A stretch of 64,000 bases of DNA from Alphaproteobacteria bacterium (GTDB lineage: Bacteria; Pseudomonadota; Alphaproteobacteria; Bin95): NCBI GenBank assembly GCA_965660545.1, contig CBFIAF010000019.1, forward strand, positions 2,372 through 66,371, in the 5' to 3' direction. Shown here in pieces: positions 50,903 to 60,071 of the stretch. The stretch's first letter is position 1; each line of letters opens with the position of its first letter. The notes below the pieces were generated by a model. The model ran no database searches. It was not told the origin of the DNA and saw nothing but the letters and a program-made list of their open reading frames with translations. Position numbers and translations under genes: made by a program.

Positions 50903-52189
50903 CTAATAGCGATAGTAGTCTGGCTTGAACGGCCCGTCATCAGTCACGCCAATATAAGCGGCTTGGTCTGCCGTTAGAGTCGTCAATTTGGCACCCAGGC
51001 GCTCCAGATGCAGCGCTGCTACTTTCTCATCCAGATGCTTTGGTAACACATAGACCTGGTTTTCGTAGTTGGCGCTATTTGTCCAAAGCTCGATCTGAGC
51101 CAGCACCTGGTTGGAGAAGCTGGCGCTCATCACGAAGCTTGGGTGGCCAGTGCCGCAGCCAAGGTTCACTAGCCGACCTTCAGCCAGCAGGATGATCCGC
51201 TTGCCATCCGGGAATTCGATTTCGTCAACCTGGGGCTTCACGTTGTGCCATTTCATGTTACGCAGAGCATCCACGTGAATTTCGTTATCAAAGTGGCCAA
51301 TGTTGCAGACAATCGCCCGGTCTTTCATCGCGCGCATGTGGTCGATGGTTACAATGTCCTTGTTGCCCGTCGCCGTCACAAAGATGTCAGCGCTCCGTGC
51401 GGCTTCTTCCATGGTGGTAACTTCGTAGCCGGCCATGAGCGCCTGGAGCGCGCAGATCGGATCAACTTCCGTCACGAGAACGCGCGCACCCTGGCTACGC
51501 AGGCTCTCGGCGGAGCCTTTGCCCACATCGCCGTAACCGGCGACAAGGGCTACCTTGCCGGCGAGCATAACGTCCGTTGCGCGTTTGATGCCATCAACAA
51601 GGCTTTCGCGGCAGCCATACAGGTTGTCAAACTTTGACTTGGTGACACTGTCATTCACGTTGATGGCTGGGCACATCAACTTGCCAGCCTTCGCCATGTC
51701 ATAGAGGCGATGCACGCCTGTTGTGGTTTCTTCCGACACGCCGCGGATATCCAACATTAACTCAGGATATTTCTCATGCACGATGACTGTGAGATCGCCG
51801 CCGTCATCCAGCAAAATGTTCGGGCGCCAGCCGTCTGGGCCTGCAATCGTCTGGTCGATGCACCAGAGGTATTCTTCTTCCGTCTCACCCTTCCATGCGA
51901 ACACAGGCACGCCAGTGACGGCGATAGCGGCAGCGGCTTGGTCCTGGGTTGAGAAGATGTTGCAGGAGCTCCAGCGCACTTCTGCGCCAAGTGCTGTCAG
52001 CGTTTCGATCAGCACTGCTGTTTGGATCGTCATGTGTAAGCAGCCAACGACGCGCGCGCCTTTCAGCGGCTGCGCTTCGCCGAATTCTTGGCGAAGCGCC
52101 ATCAGGCCCGGCATTTCGGTTTCGGCGATCGCGATCTCTTTGCGGCCCCAATCGGCGAGGCTGATGTCTTTAACCTTGTAGTCGGGCAT
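50903..52189 (-). CDS. ahcY: Adenosylhomocysteinase (short form)
   Basis: [46 protein letters not shown]. Confidence 0.97.
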   Translation of the reverse strand: MPDYKVKDISLADWGRKEIAIAETEMPGLMALRQEFGEAQPLKGARVVGCLHMTIQTAVLIETLTALGAEVRWSSCNIFSTQDQAAAAIAVTGVPVFAWKGETEEEYLWCIDQTIAGPDGWRPNILLDDGGDLTVIVHEKYPELMLDIRGVSEETTTGVHRLYDMAKAGKLMCPAINVNDSVTKSKFDNLYGCRESLVDGIKRATDVMLAGKVALVAGYGDVGKGSAESLRSQGARVLVTEVDPICALQALMAGYEVTTMEEAARSADIFVTATGNKDIVTIDHMRAMKDRAIVCNIGHFDNEIHVDALRNMKWHNVKPQVDEIEFPDGKRIILLAEGRLVNLGCGTGHPSFVMSASFSNQVLAQIELWTNSANYENQVYVLPKHLDEKVAALHLERLGAKLTTLTADQAAYIGVTDDGPFKPDYYRY

Positions 52190-52321
52190 ATCGAGGGATC
52201 TCCGAAAGTTTTATCTAGGATGAAGGTTTAGAGTGACGGTTGAAGCGAGCCGCAAAATCTATATGCACGGCATAGCATATAGTTTGGCAGAAGCAATGCG
52301 CCCGCCGCCGATTGCGAAGAA

Positions 52322-53365
52322 TTACGCGCCAGTGAGGGCAGCTTTTTCGGCTTCGGTATAGAAGGCGTCCGCGTGAATACGCGCCTGATCAAGCCCGGCA
52401 GCCTTAAAGATTTCAACACCGGCCTCGACCATCGGCGGCGGTCCTGCGAGATATGCGCGCGCACCATCTAATGGATCAGCGCCGAACGCTTCGAGGTCGG
52501 CTTTGAAGGCTTCGGTGACGAATCCGGCGCGGCGGGCGCTACTTACTTCCGGTTCTGAAAGAACAATTTCATAGCTGAAATTTGGGTGCTGGCTCGCCAA
52601 GTCTTTGAGCTCGTCTTCCAGATAAACATCCGCTGCCGTTCGCGCACCGAACCATAACCGGACGGGTCTGTCAGCCACATCCGTTTTGGCCAGTGCTGAT
52701 TGCAGGATAGCGCGGATGGGTGCCAGGCCAGATCCGCCAGCAATGGCAAAAATGGGGCCGGTTTCAGCCTCTCGCAAAAATGCGTAGCCCATGGGGCCGT
52801 TTACGGCGACGGGTTCGCCCGCCGCGAGTTGGTCAAACACGAAGGCGGAAACCCCATCATCACCCATTCGGCGGATGTGGAATTGTAAGCGGGCAGGATT
52901 ATCCGGCGGGCTGGCAAAGGAATAGTCCCGCGCTGGGAAGCCTGGGAACGCGACGGCGGCAAACTGGCCCGCTGTATAGTCCATCGCCTCGGGCAAAGTG
53001 ATCTGCACAGCAGCGATATCATGGGTGAGTTTTTCCACCGCAGAGACTTCGCCGACAAGTTGCTTCAACGGGTGGGCAAGCGCATCGTCATGGTTGACGA
53101 CAGCGAGCGTGCAGTCAGACCGGGGCTCAGCGCGGCAGGCGAGGACAAGGCCGCGTGCCGCTTCATCAGCAGTCAACGCCATAGACGAGTGTTCCCGCAT
53201 ATGCGCTTCGCCCAGTACTAGTCTGGATTTGCAGGCACCACAGTTTCCAGACCTACAGCCAAACGGATAGGGAATATTCTCCTCAACCGCGATCTCAAGG
53301 ATGGTTTCGTCGGCCTCAACTTCGATCACTTCATCGAAGGTCAGCAGCGTAATTGTGTGGGTCAT
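52322..53365 (-). CDS. [2Fe-2S]-ferredoxin:NAD(P)H reductase (oxygenase-reductase type)
   Basis: GCRSGNCGAC, RDYSFAS, AGGSGLAP, GPPPMV. Confidence 0.87.
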   Translation of the reverse strand: MTHTITLLTFDEVIEVEADETILEIAVEENIPYPFGCRSGNCGACKSRLVLGEAHMREHSSMALTADEAARGLVLACRAEPRSDCTLAVVNHDDALAHPLKQLVGEVSAVEKLTHDIAAVQITLPEAMDYTAGQFAAVAFPGFPARDYSFASPPDNPARLQFHIRRMGDDGVSAFVFDQLAAGEPVAVNGPMGYAFLREAETGPIFAIAGGSGLAPIRAILQSALAKTDVADRPVRLWFGARTAADVYLEDELKDLASQHPNFSYEIVLSEPEVSSARRAGFVTEAFKADLEAFGADPLDGARAYLAGPPPMVEAGVEIFKAAGLDQARIHADAFYTEAEKAALTGA

Positions 53366-53383
53366 AAGTTTGTCAGCCTGGAG

Positions 53384-54637
53384 TTATTTTGCCTGGCGGC
53401 GAGTTTCGACATAGGTCAGCAGCGTCAATAGCATGCACCCGGCGCTGGCGTAAAAAATAATGCGTGGATCGGCATTATCCATAACCCAGCCAAATGCGAC
53501 TGGCGTTACCGCATTGCCAAGCGCCAGGCCGCTCGAGGTAAAGCCGAACAGCTTGCCCATCTGGCCCTTGGGCGCAATCTGGCGAACCAGCATGTCCCTG
53601 GCGGGCATCAGGCTGCCCTGCAACCCGCCGGCCACCAGGAATACGCCAGTTAGCAGGCCAATGGACATCGGAACGTGGCCAAGGTTCGCGACAAGGGCTG
53701 AAATTATGATGATGTTGATCGTAAATATGGTGCCGGGACGGCCCGTCCGATCAGCCAAATAGCCGCCCGCCAAGTTGCCGACTGACGCTGCCAATAGGTA
53801 GCCAGAGAGTGCACCCGCTACAGCCTCCGCCGTCAAATCCCAGATAACGGGCAGAGCCACAACGCTGAAGTTTCGAACCCCGCCAAACGCAATTGCATAG
53901 ATCAGCTGGAAACTAAAAAGCATCAACACAGATCGGGACAGCAATAGGGCTATTCCGGCATCAACCGTGCCGCCTTTGGGTGCTTTGGCCTCAGTCAACG
54001 TTTGGCTTGGGGCGGCGGATATGGTTGTTTGGGGCTCTATCCGGCCGGCGATCAAAAACAAATATATTGCGAGCGCCATGCCGAACGCGCCGACGGCCAG
54101 AAATGTCGTTGTGAGATCAGTCAAGGCGGTTAAGCCGAGCATCACAGCCGGCGCCGCCGCCCACCCCAAATTGCCAGAGATCGCATGGAAGCTGAACGCC
54201 CGGCCGATCCGTTTATCGTGAACGCGAGCGGACAAAATGGCGTAGTCGGCAGGATGAAACACTGCGTTCGCTGTTCCGCCAATTGCGGCCAGTGGCAACA
54301 ACATCCAGAAACAGGGCGCGACGCCGTAGAGCGCTACGGACAGCCCGAGCAGGCCAAGCCCCAGCGCCAGAATGCGGGCGGGGCTGAGACGGTCTATAAA
54401 GAAGCCGACGGGCGTTTGCGCGATACTGGTCGCAATCGCAAATGTGCTGACGACCACGCCAAGTTCCATAAAGCCCACATCATGCCGCGCCGCCATCATC
54501 CCAAATACAGGCGGCAGCACCAACTGGTAAAAGTGGCTCATAAAATGAGCCGAGGTCACCAGTGAGACGGCTTGAATTTCATCAAAAGATAGCTCTGCGC
54601 TAGGCTCTGTAGCGCTTGCGCCAGCGGCGGCGGTCAT
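53384..54637 (-). CDS. MFS transporter
   Basis: About 12 hydrophobic segments, HFMSHFY, FHPAD, GYLADRTG. Confidence 0.85.
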   Translation of the reverse strand: MTAAAGASATEPSAELSFDEIQAVSLVTSAHFMSHFYQLVLPPVFGMMAARHDVGFMELGVVVSTFAIATSIAQTPVGFFIDRLSPARILALGLGLLGLSVALYGVAPCFWMLLPLAAIGGTANAVFHPADYAILSARVHDKRIGRAFSFHAISGNLGWAAAPAVMLGLTALTDLTTTFLAVGAFGMALAIYLFLIAGRIEPQTTISAAPSQTLTEAKAPKGGTVDAGIALLLSRSVLMLFSFQLIYAIAFGGVRNFSVVALPVIWDLTAEAVAGALSGYLLAASVGNLAGGYLADRTGRPGTIFTINIIIISALVANLGHVPMSIGLLTGVFLVAGGLQGSLMPARDMLVRQIAPKGQMGKLFGFTSSGLALGNAVTPVAFGWVMDNADPRIIFYASAGCMLLTLLTYVETRRQAK

Positions 54638-54739
54638 TGAATTAGCAGCGCTCCGGTAGGCCGATAAGATCAGGTTACTGAAGCATGGGCGGAAACGGAG
54701 ACGGCTGCAACATAGGACGTTCAGGAGCGCTTAAAAGCA

Positions 54740-55809
54740 TCAACTCGATGCTGCTTCGCTGATCTCCATCGTGATCTGTAGGAAACGATCAATGTCGGCT
54801 GCGGAATTGCAGTGCAGCGGCGATATGCGGATCGCACAATCTAGGCCGAAGAAATCGAGCATCCGCTTCGTGTAAAGGCTGCTGGCCACACGCTCATAAA
54901 CGATCACGCCGCGACGTCCACATTCGCGCACCGCATCGGTATGGCCGAGGCGGTCGAAGCCAATGGCTAAGATCAAGTCGTGTTTGGTTCAGTCCTTGTA
55001 GTCAAGGAATACGCTGACGTCGGGAAGCGAACGCAGGCCCGTAATGCCCTCGCTGCCGTTGAGCATTTGCGTCAATAGGGCTCGTTCATGCCGTTCAATG
55101 CGGTTCATGCTGCAAACGAACAGTGCGCGCCGCTCGCTGCTCTGGGTGAACTGATCACCGATCCAGCAGACATAATTGACTATCTCTATCGCCACGGCGA
55201 ACTGCGCGGGTGCGGAACTGCCTAGGTTCCATTAGTCCTTTCTGCTGCCCGCCAGCTTGTGGTGCGGCAATGCGACCGCGTGGTCGGAAAGCCATGCTAA
55301 GCCGGAGCCTCTGGACCCAAAGAAATTGCAGGAGGCTATAATAATGCCGTCGATCGGGGTCTTGTCTAGGTCAATCAGCCCCTGGAGCGCTCAGCGTTCA
55401 GGCTCATCGCTTTAAAATGTTGATGGGTGCTTCAGGATGGATGTGACCATATTAGTTTCAGGAATACTCTCGGTCACGGCGCGCACCATATCGAACATCG
55501 AGCCCGATGCTGTCAGCGCTGCGTAAACGCCGCCCCCTTTGGCGTTGAGGATCGTGCAAATGTCGTCAGTGCCTGCGGCCTGCACTTTCTGCAAGAAAAG
55601 CGTGAGTGTGTGAATGCGTTCAGGGCAGTTGGGAAGAGCATCGATGCGGGCGAAGGCTTCGGTCGAGGACTTGAGGCGGAATGAGCCGCCGGCATTGTCA
55701 AAAAAAACAGCCGCTCGCGGCCTTCGATATCACGGTCAATGTAGTGAAAGCTGCTTTTGATCTCGCGCATCAGCGCGTTAGGAAACGTTAGGCCTTGGCC
55801 TTTGCTCAC
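54740..55809 (-). pseudogene. Class V aminotransferase / cysteine desulfurase-like pseudogene
   Basis: RLFF-(frameshift in the A8 run at 55700-55707)-DNAGGS, HPS, IRISPLHCNS..DIDRFL. Several stops and frameshifts and an apparent internal deletion; the PLP-Lys region reads ASCNFFG. Confidence 0.75.
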
Positions 55810-55982
55810 AGAATATCTCTTCGTCAAGGGGTTGGGGCTAGAAAGCACGCAGCTCTAAAGAGCCAAAGCCAAGCTTAGAGTACGACGATTATCGAATCCT
55901 GTATTCCTCCCTTTTAGGTCACGTTTTGTGTACCCAAGAAGGTCATACCGCCCGTCTGTCGATTGCTAGGCTGGCGGCAGTT

Positions 55983-56396
55983 TCAGCCCTTGCTACCCCA
56001 AACCATGCTGCAGATCCGACTGATTTTCTGCTGGTCCAAGGTTGCCAGTGGCAGACCAGCATAGTTTACCCCACCATCACTCCGCACGAACACGCGGCTT
56101 ACGGGGATTTCGCCCTTGAATAATTTTGGGTTGGCGGGAACGGCACAGCGTTCTTGAAGCAAGATGCCGAATCGACGCTTGTTGGCTGGGGTGCATTGCC
56201 TAGGCGGACAGACGCGCCGTACACGTTGGCCGCGGGAGGTCACGCCTGGCTGGCACGCGACGTTCCCAGCACGCTCATGGGCGTGAAGCTTCCGGCAGGC
56301 TTCCTCTGTCAGCATGGGGGTAGTCGCTGATGGTGCCGCAATGGCACCTGCGATAACGAGAAGGCACGCGGCGGGGAGGAGGCGGTTCAGGCCCAT
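55983..56396 (-). CDS. Hypothetical exported protein, possibly degraded
   Basis: Signal-peptide-like N-terminus; central part looks scrambled. Confidence 0.4.
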   Translation of the reverse strand: MGLNRLLPAACLLVIAGAIAAPSATTPMLTEEACRKLHAHERAGNVACQPGVTSRGQRVRRVCPPRQCTPANKRRFGILLQERCAVPANPKLFKGEIPVSRVFVRSDGGVNYAGLPLATLDQQKISRICSMVWGSKG

Positions 56397-56660
56397 AATG
56401 GTTGTCCCATGATCATGATTGGGTCGGGATAATCGGATATTGCCTATACAGAATAGGAGCTTATGGTTAGGGATGACTTGCGCTAATGGTCAATCGACGA
56501 GATTTGTATTCGATCTTTGCGAGTTGTTGTTTTCGTGACCGCCTGCGGAATATCGTCTCTATCAGCACCCAAAAGCTAGCAATTAAGTTACTGGGAACCG
56601 AACGGTTGCGATTCTTTACTGCTAAAAAACAGGTGACAGCCCTGCGCATAGCTGCTATGA

Positions 56661-56760
56661 GCTACCCGCATGGGAAGCGATGAAGCCGTGCCTTAGATGC
56701 AGCCTTCGCTTAGGCCCAGGTTCAGGGAGAGCGTCAGCCGACGTTACGAATTCGGTAGAC
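56661..56760 (+). ncRNA. Candidate structured RNA (riboswitch-like leader or sRNA)
   Basis: Nested stems by eye: CTACC/GGTAG, TGAA-CC/GG-TTCA, GCCT/AGGC, CGTC/GACG; followed by a terminator. Family not established. Confidence 0.35.
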
Positions 56761-56774
56761 GGAACCAAAATATA

Positions 56775-56801
56775 GCAGGGCCCTCGGGTCCTGTTTTTTT
56801 T
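56775..56801 (+). terminator. Rho-independent terminator
   Basis: GCAGGGCC-CTCG-GGTCCTG followed by T8. Confidence 0.8.
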
Positions 56802-56831
56802 ACACTCTATCGCTTTTGTAGCGATTAATCT

Positions 56832-56864
56832 TTTCCGATCAATCTGAACTAGATTGATCGGAAA
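56832..56864. promoter_or_regulatory. Perfect 14-bp inverted repeat upstream of the antitoxin gene
   Basis: TTTCCGATCAATCT-gaact-AGATTGATCGGAAA. Confidence 0.6.
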
Positions 56865-56892
56865 TTGCTCTAGTGCTTTGAATGCATTTCAC

Positions 56893-57159
56893 ATGTTGAA
56901 AACTGAAGTTGTTAAGGCCCGAATGGAGCCGGATTTAAAATTCGAAGGCGAAGTAATATTGTTTGCTAGTGGTTTGTCCACTACAGACGCGATTACGATG
57001 TTTTTCAAGCAACTCTTAATGAAACGAGGCTTTCCATTTGAGGCAACGATCCCAAATGCCGAGACAATTGCGGCAATGAGTGAAGTTCTATCTACAGCAA
57101 AGCGATACAGCAGCGCAGAGGCGATGCTGGCAGATGATCTGGCTGAAGACTCTGATTAA
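56893..57159 (+). CDS. RelB/DinJ-family antitoxin
   Basis: VKARMEPDLK...GLSTTDAITMF...GFPFE...PNAETIAAM; ribbon-helix-helix type. Confidence 0.8.
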   Translation: MLKTEVVKARMEPDLKFEGEVILFASGLSTTDAITMFFKQLLMKRGFPFEATIPNAETIAAMSEVLSTAKRYSSAEAMLADDLAEDSD

Positions 57160-57404
57160 TGTGGACTTTGGTTGCGGCTTCCGCATTCAAGCGGGACCTC
57201 AAGCGGTGCAGGAAGCGGCACCTTGATATGACCGCGCGATCCCTTGTCAACACGGGTTGCTGCGAGACGACCCCTTGCCGCCTCGATGCAGCTCGCACCG
57301 CCTGTGCGGTAACTTTGAAGGATGGTGGGAATGCCATATCGGCCCAGACTGGCTGCTCATTTACAATATTGTTGAAGACGCGCTCCCACGCGGGCCTGTT
57401 CTAG
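57159..57404 (+). pseudogene. YafQ-family toxin, disrupted
   Basis: Frame 1 gives AFKRDLKR and the C-terminal SHAGLF. The central PLP..HRLCGNFEGWWECHIGPDWLLIY is in another frame, so there are two frameshifts. Confidence 0.75.
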
Positions 57405-57407
57405 CCT

Positions 57408-58283
57408 CTAGACCTGATCAACCGGCAGCTTCAGGCATGAGACGCCGTTGTTCTCCGCCTCTGGCATGTCCCCAGCGCGGATGTTGACCTGGATGGAAGG
57501 CAGGATCAGGCGGGGGAGGGATAGCTCGGCATCCCGTTCGCGGCGCATGGCGACGAAGGCGTCCTCTTTCGTGCCGTCCTTCACGTGCTTGTTGGCGGCG
57601 CGCTGTTCGCCGACGGTTGTTTCCCAAGCGTAGTCGCGTTCGCCAGGGGCGTAATCATGGCCGACGAAAATACGGGTTTCTGGCGGAAGTGATAAAATAC
57701 GCTGGACAGACCGATACAGCTCACGGGCGTCCCCGCCGGGAAAGTCGCAGCGGGCGGTGCCGAACTCAGGCATGAAAATAGTATCGCCAACGAAAACAGC
57801 ATCCCCAATGACATAGCATACGCAGGCGGGTGTGTGGCCGGGCGTATGCAGCACCCGCGCCTGCAGGCCGCCGATTTCGAACGTCTCGCCATCAGTCCAA
57901 AGATGGTCGAACTGTGCGCCATCGGTTGTGAATTGAGGGCGGAGGTTCAGCAATTTGCCGAAGGATATTTGCACCTGGTCAATAGCGCTGCCTATAGCGA
58001 TCTGGCCGCCCAGCCGTTCCTTTACATGTTTGGCGGCAGACAGATGGTCTGCATGCACATGGCTTTCCAGCACCCAATCCACTGTTAGGCCAAGCGCTTC
58101 GGCTCCGTCGCAAACGGTATTGGCAAAATCGGTAGACGTGCGGACGGCGACGATATTGAAGTCCAGCACGGCATCAACGATTGTCGCGCGCAAGCGCATC
58201 GGATCATGGACTATGTAGCAGATCGTCCCGGTTTCCTGGTGCAGGAAGCCCTCAACAACGGGTTTCGGATTACTGCTAGCCAT
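57408..58283 (-). CDS. MBL-fold metallo-hydrolase (persulfide dioxygenase/Blh-like)
   Basis: ESHVHADH, TPGHTPAC, GDTIF..GTARCDF, GHDY; start at ATG 58283. Confidence 0.87.
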   Translation of the reverse strand: MASSNPKPVVEGFLHQETGTICYIVHDPMRLRATIVDAVLDFNIVAVRTSTDFANTVCDGAEALGLTVDWVLESHVHADHLSAAKHVKERLGGQIAIGSAIDQVQISFGKLLNLRPQFTTDGAQFDHLWTDGETFEIGGLQARVLHTPGHTPACVCYVIGDAVFVGDTIFMPEFGTARCDFPGGDARELYRSVQRILSLPPETRIFVGHDYAPGERDYAWETTVGEQRAANKHVKDGTKEDAFVAMRRERDAELSLPRLILPSIQVNIRAGDMPEAENNGVSCLKLPVDQV

Positions 58284-58394
58284 AATAGCGTCCTTTCGTG
58301 TGACGCTTGTCGATCTGGCCGCTTGCGCTTGGCGCTTGAGCGCGGTTTGATATGCACAGCAAACACAAAACACCCGCATACAGGAGCTTGCGCC

Positions 58395-59147
58395 ATGACC
58401 GACCCGGTCATTACCTACCAATCCAAAGACAAAATCGCCACGATTACCATCAATCGCCCGGAGAAGATGAACGCTCTCTCCAACCAGTTGGTCGTTGAAC
58501 TTCGAGATGCTTTCCAGCGCCTGCAAGACAGTGATGACCGCGCTTGTGTGCTGACAGCAGCTGGGGACAAAGCCTTCTCGGTTGGTGCTGATTTGAAAGA
58601 CCCACCGCGCGATCCAAACCTCTGGGAATGCATGCCGGGTGTGGGCGTAATGCTCGATAAACCTGTGGTCGCAGCCGTTCATGGCTATTGCGTTGGCGGC
58701 GCATTTTGCTTGGTCGAATTCTCCGATATCGCCGTTGCTGATGAAACGGCAGACTTCTTCTACCCAGAAGCCCAGATTGGTTTCTGCGGCGGTTTGATCG
58801 CTGGCCTCGCAGCCCGCATCACACACAAGCACGCGATGGAATTCATGCTGACCGGCGTGCATTACAAAGCCCAGCGCGCCTACGAAGTTGGCATGGTCAA
58901 CAAGGTGACGCCCAAGGGGGAACACCTGGCTGCGGCTTACGAATATGCCCGCATCCTGGCCGATTCGGCACCGCTCGTCGTACGAGCATTGAAGCGCTTC
59001 ACGCGGGATGTCGTAACGGCGCGTGGCCCGTCTGAACTTTCAGCACTGGCACAGCGTGAATTGCTTGCGATCTCTCGGTCTGAAGACCAGCAAGAGGGCG
59101 GCCGCGCCTTCCGCGAAAAGCGCACACCGCAGTTCACTGGCAAATAA
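58395..59147 (+). CDS. Enoyl-CoA hydratase/isomerase family protein
   Basis: INRPEKMNAL, AFSVGADL, KPVVAAVHGYCVGG, AFREKRTPQF; AGGAG RBS before ATG 58395. Confidence 0.88.
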   Translation: MTDPVITYQSKDKIATITINRPEKMNALSNQLVVELRDAFQRLQDSDDRACVLTAAGDKAFSVGADLKDPPRDPNLWECMPGVGVMLDKPVVAAVHGYCVGGAFCLVEFSDIAVADETADFFYPEAQIGFCGGLIAGLAARITHKHAMEFMLTGVHYKAQRAYEVGMVNKVTPKGEHLAAAYEYARILADSAPLVVRALKRFTRDVVTARGPSELSALAQRELLAISRSEDQQEGGRAFREKRTPQFTGK

Positions 59148-59160
59148 GGAAGGCTGATCC

Positions 59161-60057
59161 ATGGCAGGCACTGCTCCCGTTTGGCGCTCAATGATGTTCG
59201 TGCCGACGATCAATGAGAAGTTCATCGAGAAAGCGCCCGGCGTTGGTGCCGATGCTGTGATCCTCGACCTTGAGGATTCCATTGCCGCTTCCGCCAAAGA
59301 GACCGCAAGGGGGGCTGTTGCGAGTGTGGCTAAACGTTTGGCGGATCAAGGCTTGGACGTCACCGTCCGCATCAATCGCCCTTGGCGCTTGGCTGCCCGG
59401 GACATTGAAGCGGCCGTTACGCCCGACGTTAAGGCACTACTCTTGCCAATGACCGACACTGAGGCGCACGTAAAGGAAGTCAATGCCGTCGTGACGGAGA
59501 TTGAGGTCGAAAAGGGCATGATCCCCGGCCATACATTCCTGTTTCCGCTGATTGAAACGGCGGAAGGCCTGTTGAATGCGCGCGAGATCGCTAAAGCGAG
59601 TCCGCGCACGATGGCGCTGTCACTGGGTTCTGAAGATTTTGCCCTCTCCATGGGGTCTTCTACCGATACGGACATGCTGCTCGGGCCGAAACAGCACATC
59701 GTCGCCTGTGCCAGGGCGGCAGGGGTGGCCCCAATGGGCTTCATCGGCTCCATCGCTGAGTTCCGGGATATCGGAAAGCTGGAAAGCATGATGGCGCTTT
59801 CCAAGCGTGCTGGGTTCCGTGGCGCGTCCTGCATTCATCCAAACCAGGTGAAGGTTGCCAACGCAACGTTCGGGCCGAGCGATGAAGAGGTGGAGGAAGC
59901 ACGCGAAATTATTGACGCCTACGATGCAGCGCTAGCGGCAGGCGAAGGTGCCATTACGGTGCGCGGCAAGATGGTGGACGTTCCGGTGGCAGACAGAATG
60001 CGCGCCATCGTAGAATTCGCAGATGCCATCTCTGCCCGCCAAGCCCGCAAAAACTAA
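59161..60057 (+). CDS. CitE/malyl-CoA lyase-like (HpcH/HpaI) CoA-ester lyase
   Basis: RSMMFVP, DLEDS, LIET, GSED, CIHPNQ, GKMVDVP. Confidence 0.87.
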   Translation: MAGTAPVWRSMMFVPTINEKFIEKAPGVGADAVILDLEDSIAASAKETARGAVASVAKRLADQGLDVTVRINRPWRLAARDIEAAVTPDVKALLLPMTDTEAHVKEVNAVVTEIEVEKGMIPGHTFLFPLIETAEGLLNAREIAKASPRTMALSLGSEDFALSMGSSTDTDMLLGPKQHIVACARAAGVAPMGFIGSIAEFRDIGKLESMMALSKRAGFRGASCIHPNQVKVANATFGPSDEEVEEAREIIDAYDAALAAGEGAITVRGKMVDVPVADRMRAIVEFADAISARQARKN

Positions 60058-60071
60058 TTGAGGGTAGTGCA

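Noticed and set aside
52190-52321. SAH or SAM riboswitch upstream of ahcY
   Set aside because: I could not find the conserved cores of SAH, SAM-II or SAM-SAH aptamers.
56700-56760. SRP RNA, glycine riboswitch, 6S RNA or tmRNA identity for the structured segment
   Set aside because: Only partial look-alikes (CAGGTT, GGGAGAG); diagnostic cores such as GGAAGGAAGCAG or CGCCGAAGG...CTCTCAGG are absent.
58206-58925. Long N-terminal extensions of the MBL hydrolase (to 58925) and crotonase (from 58206)
   Set aside because: Each is the antisense of the other divergent gene; real starts are at 58283 and 58395.
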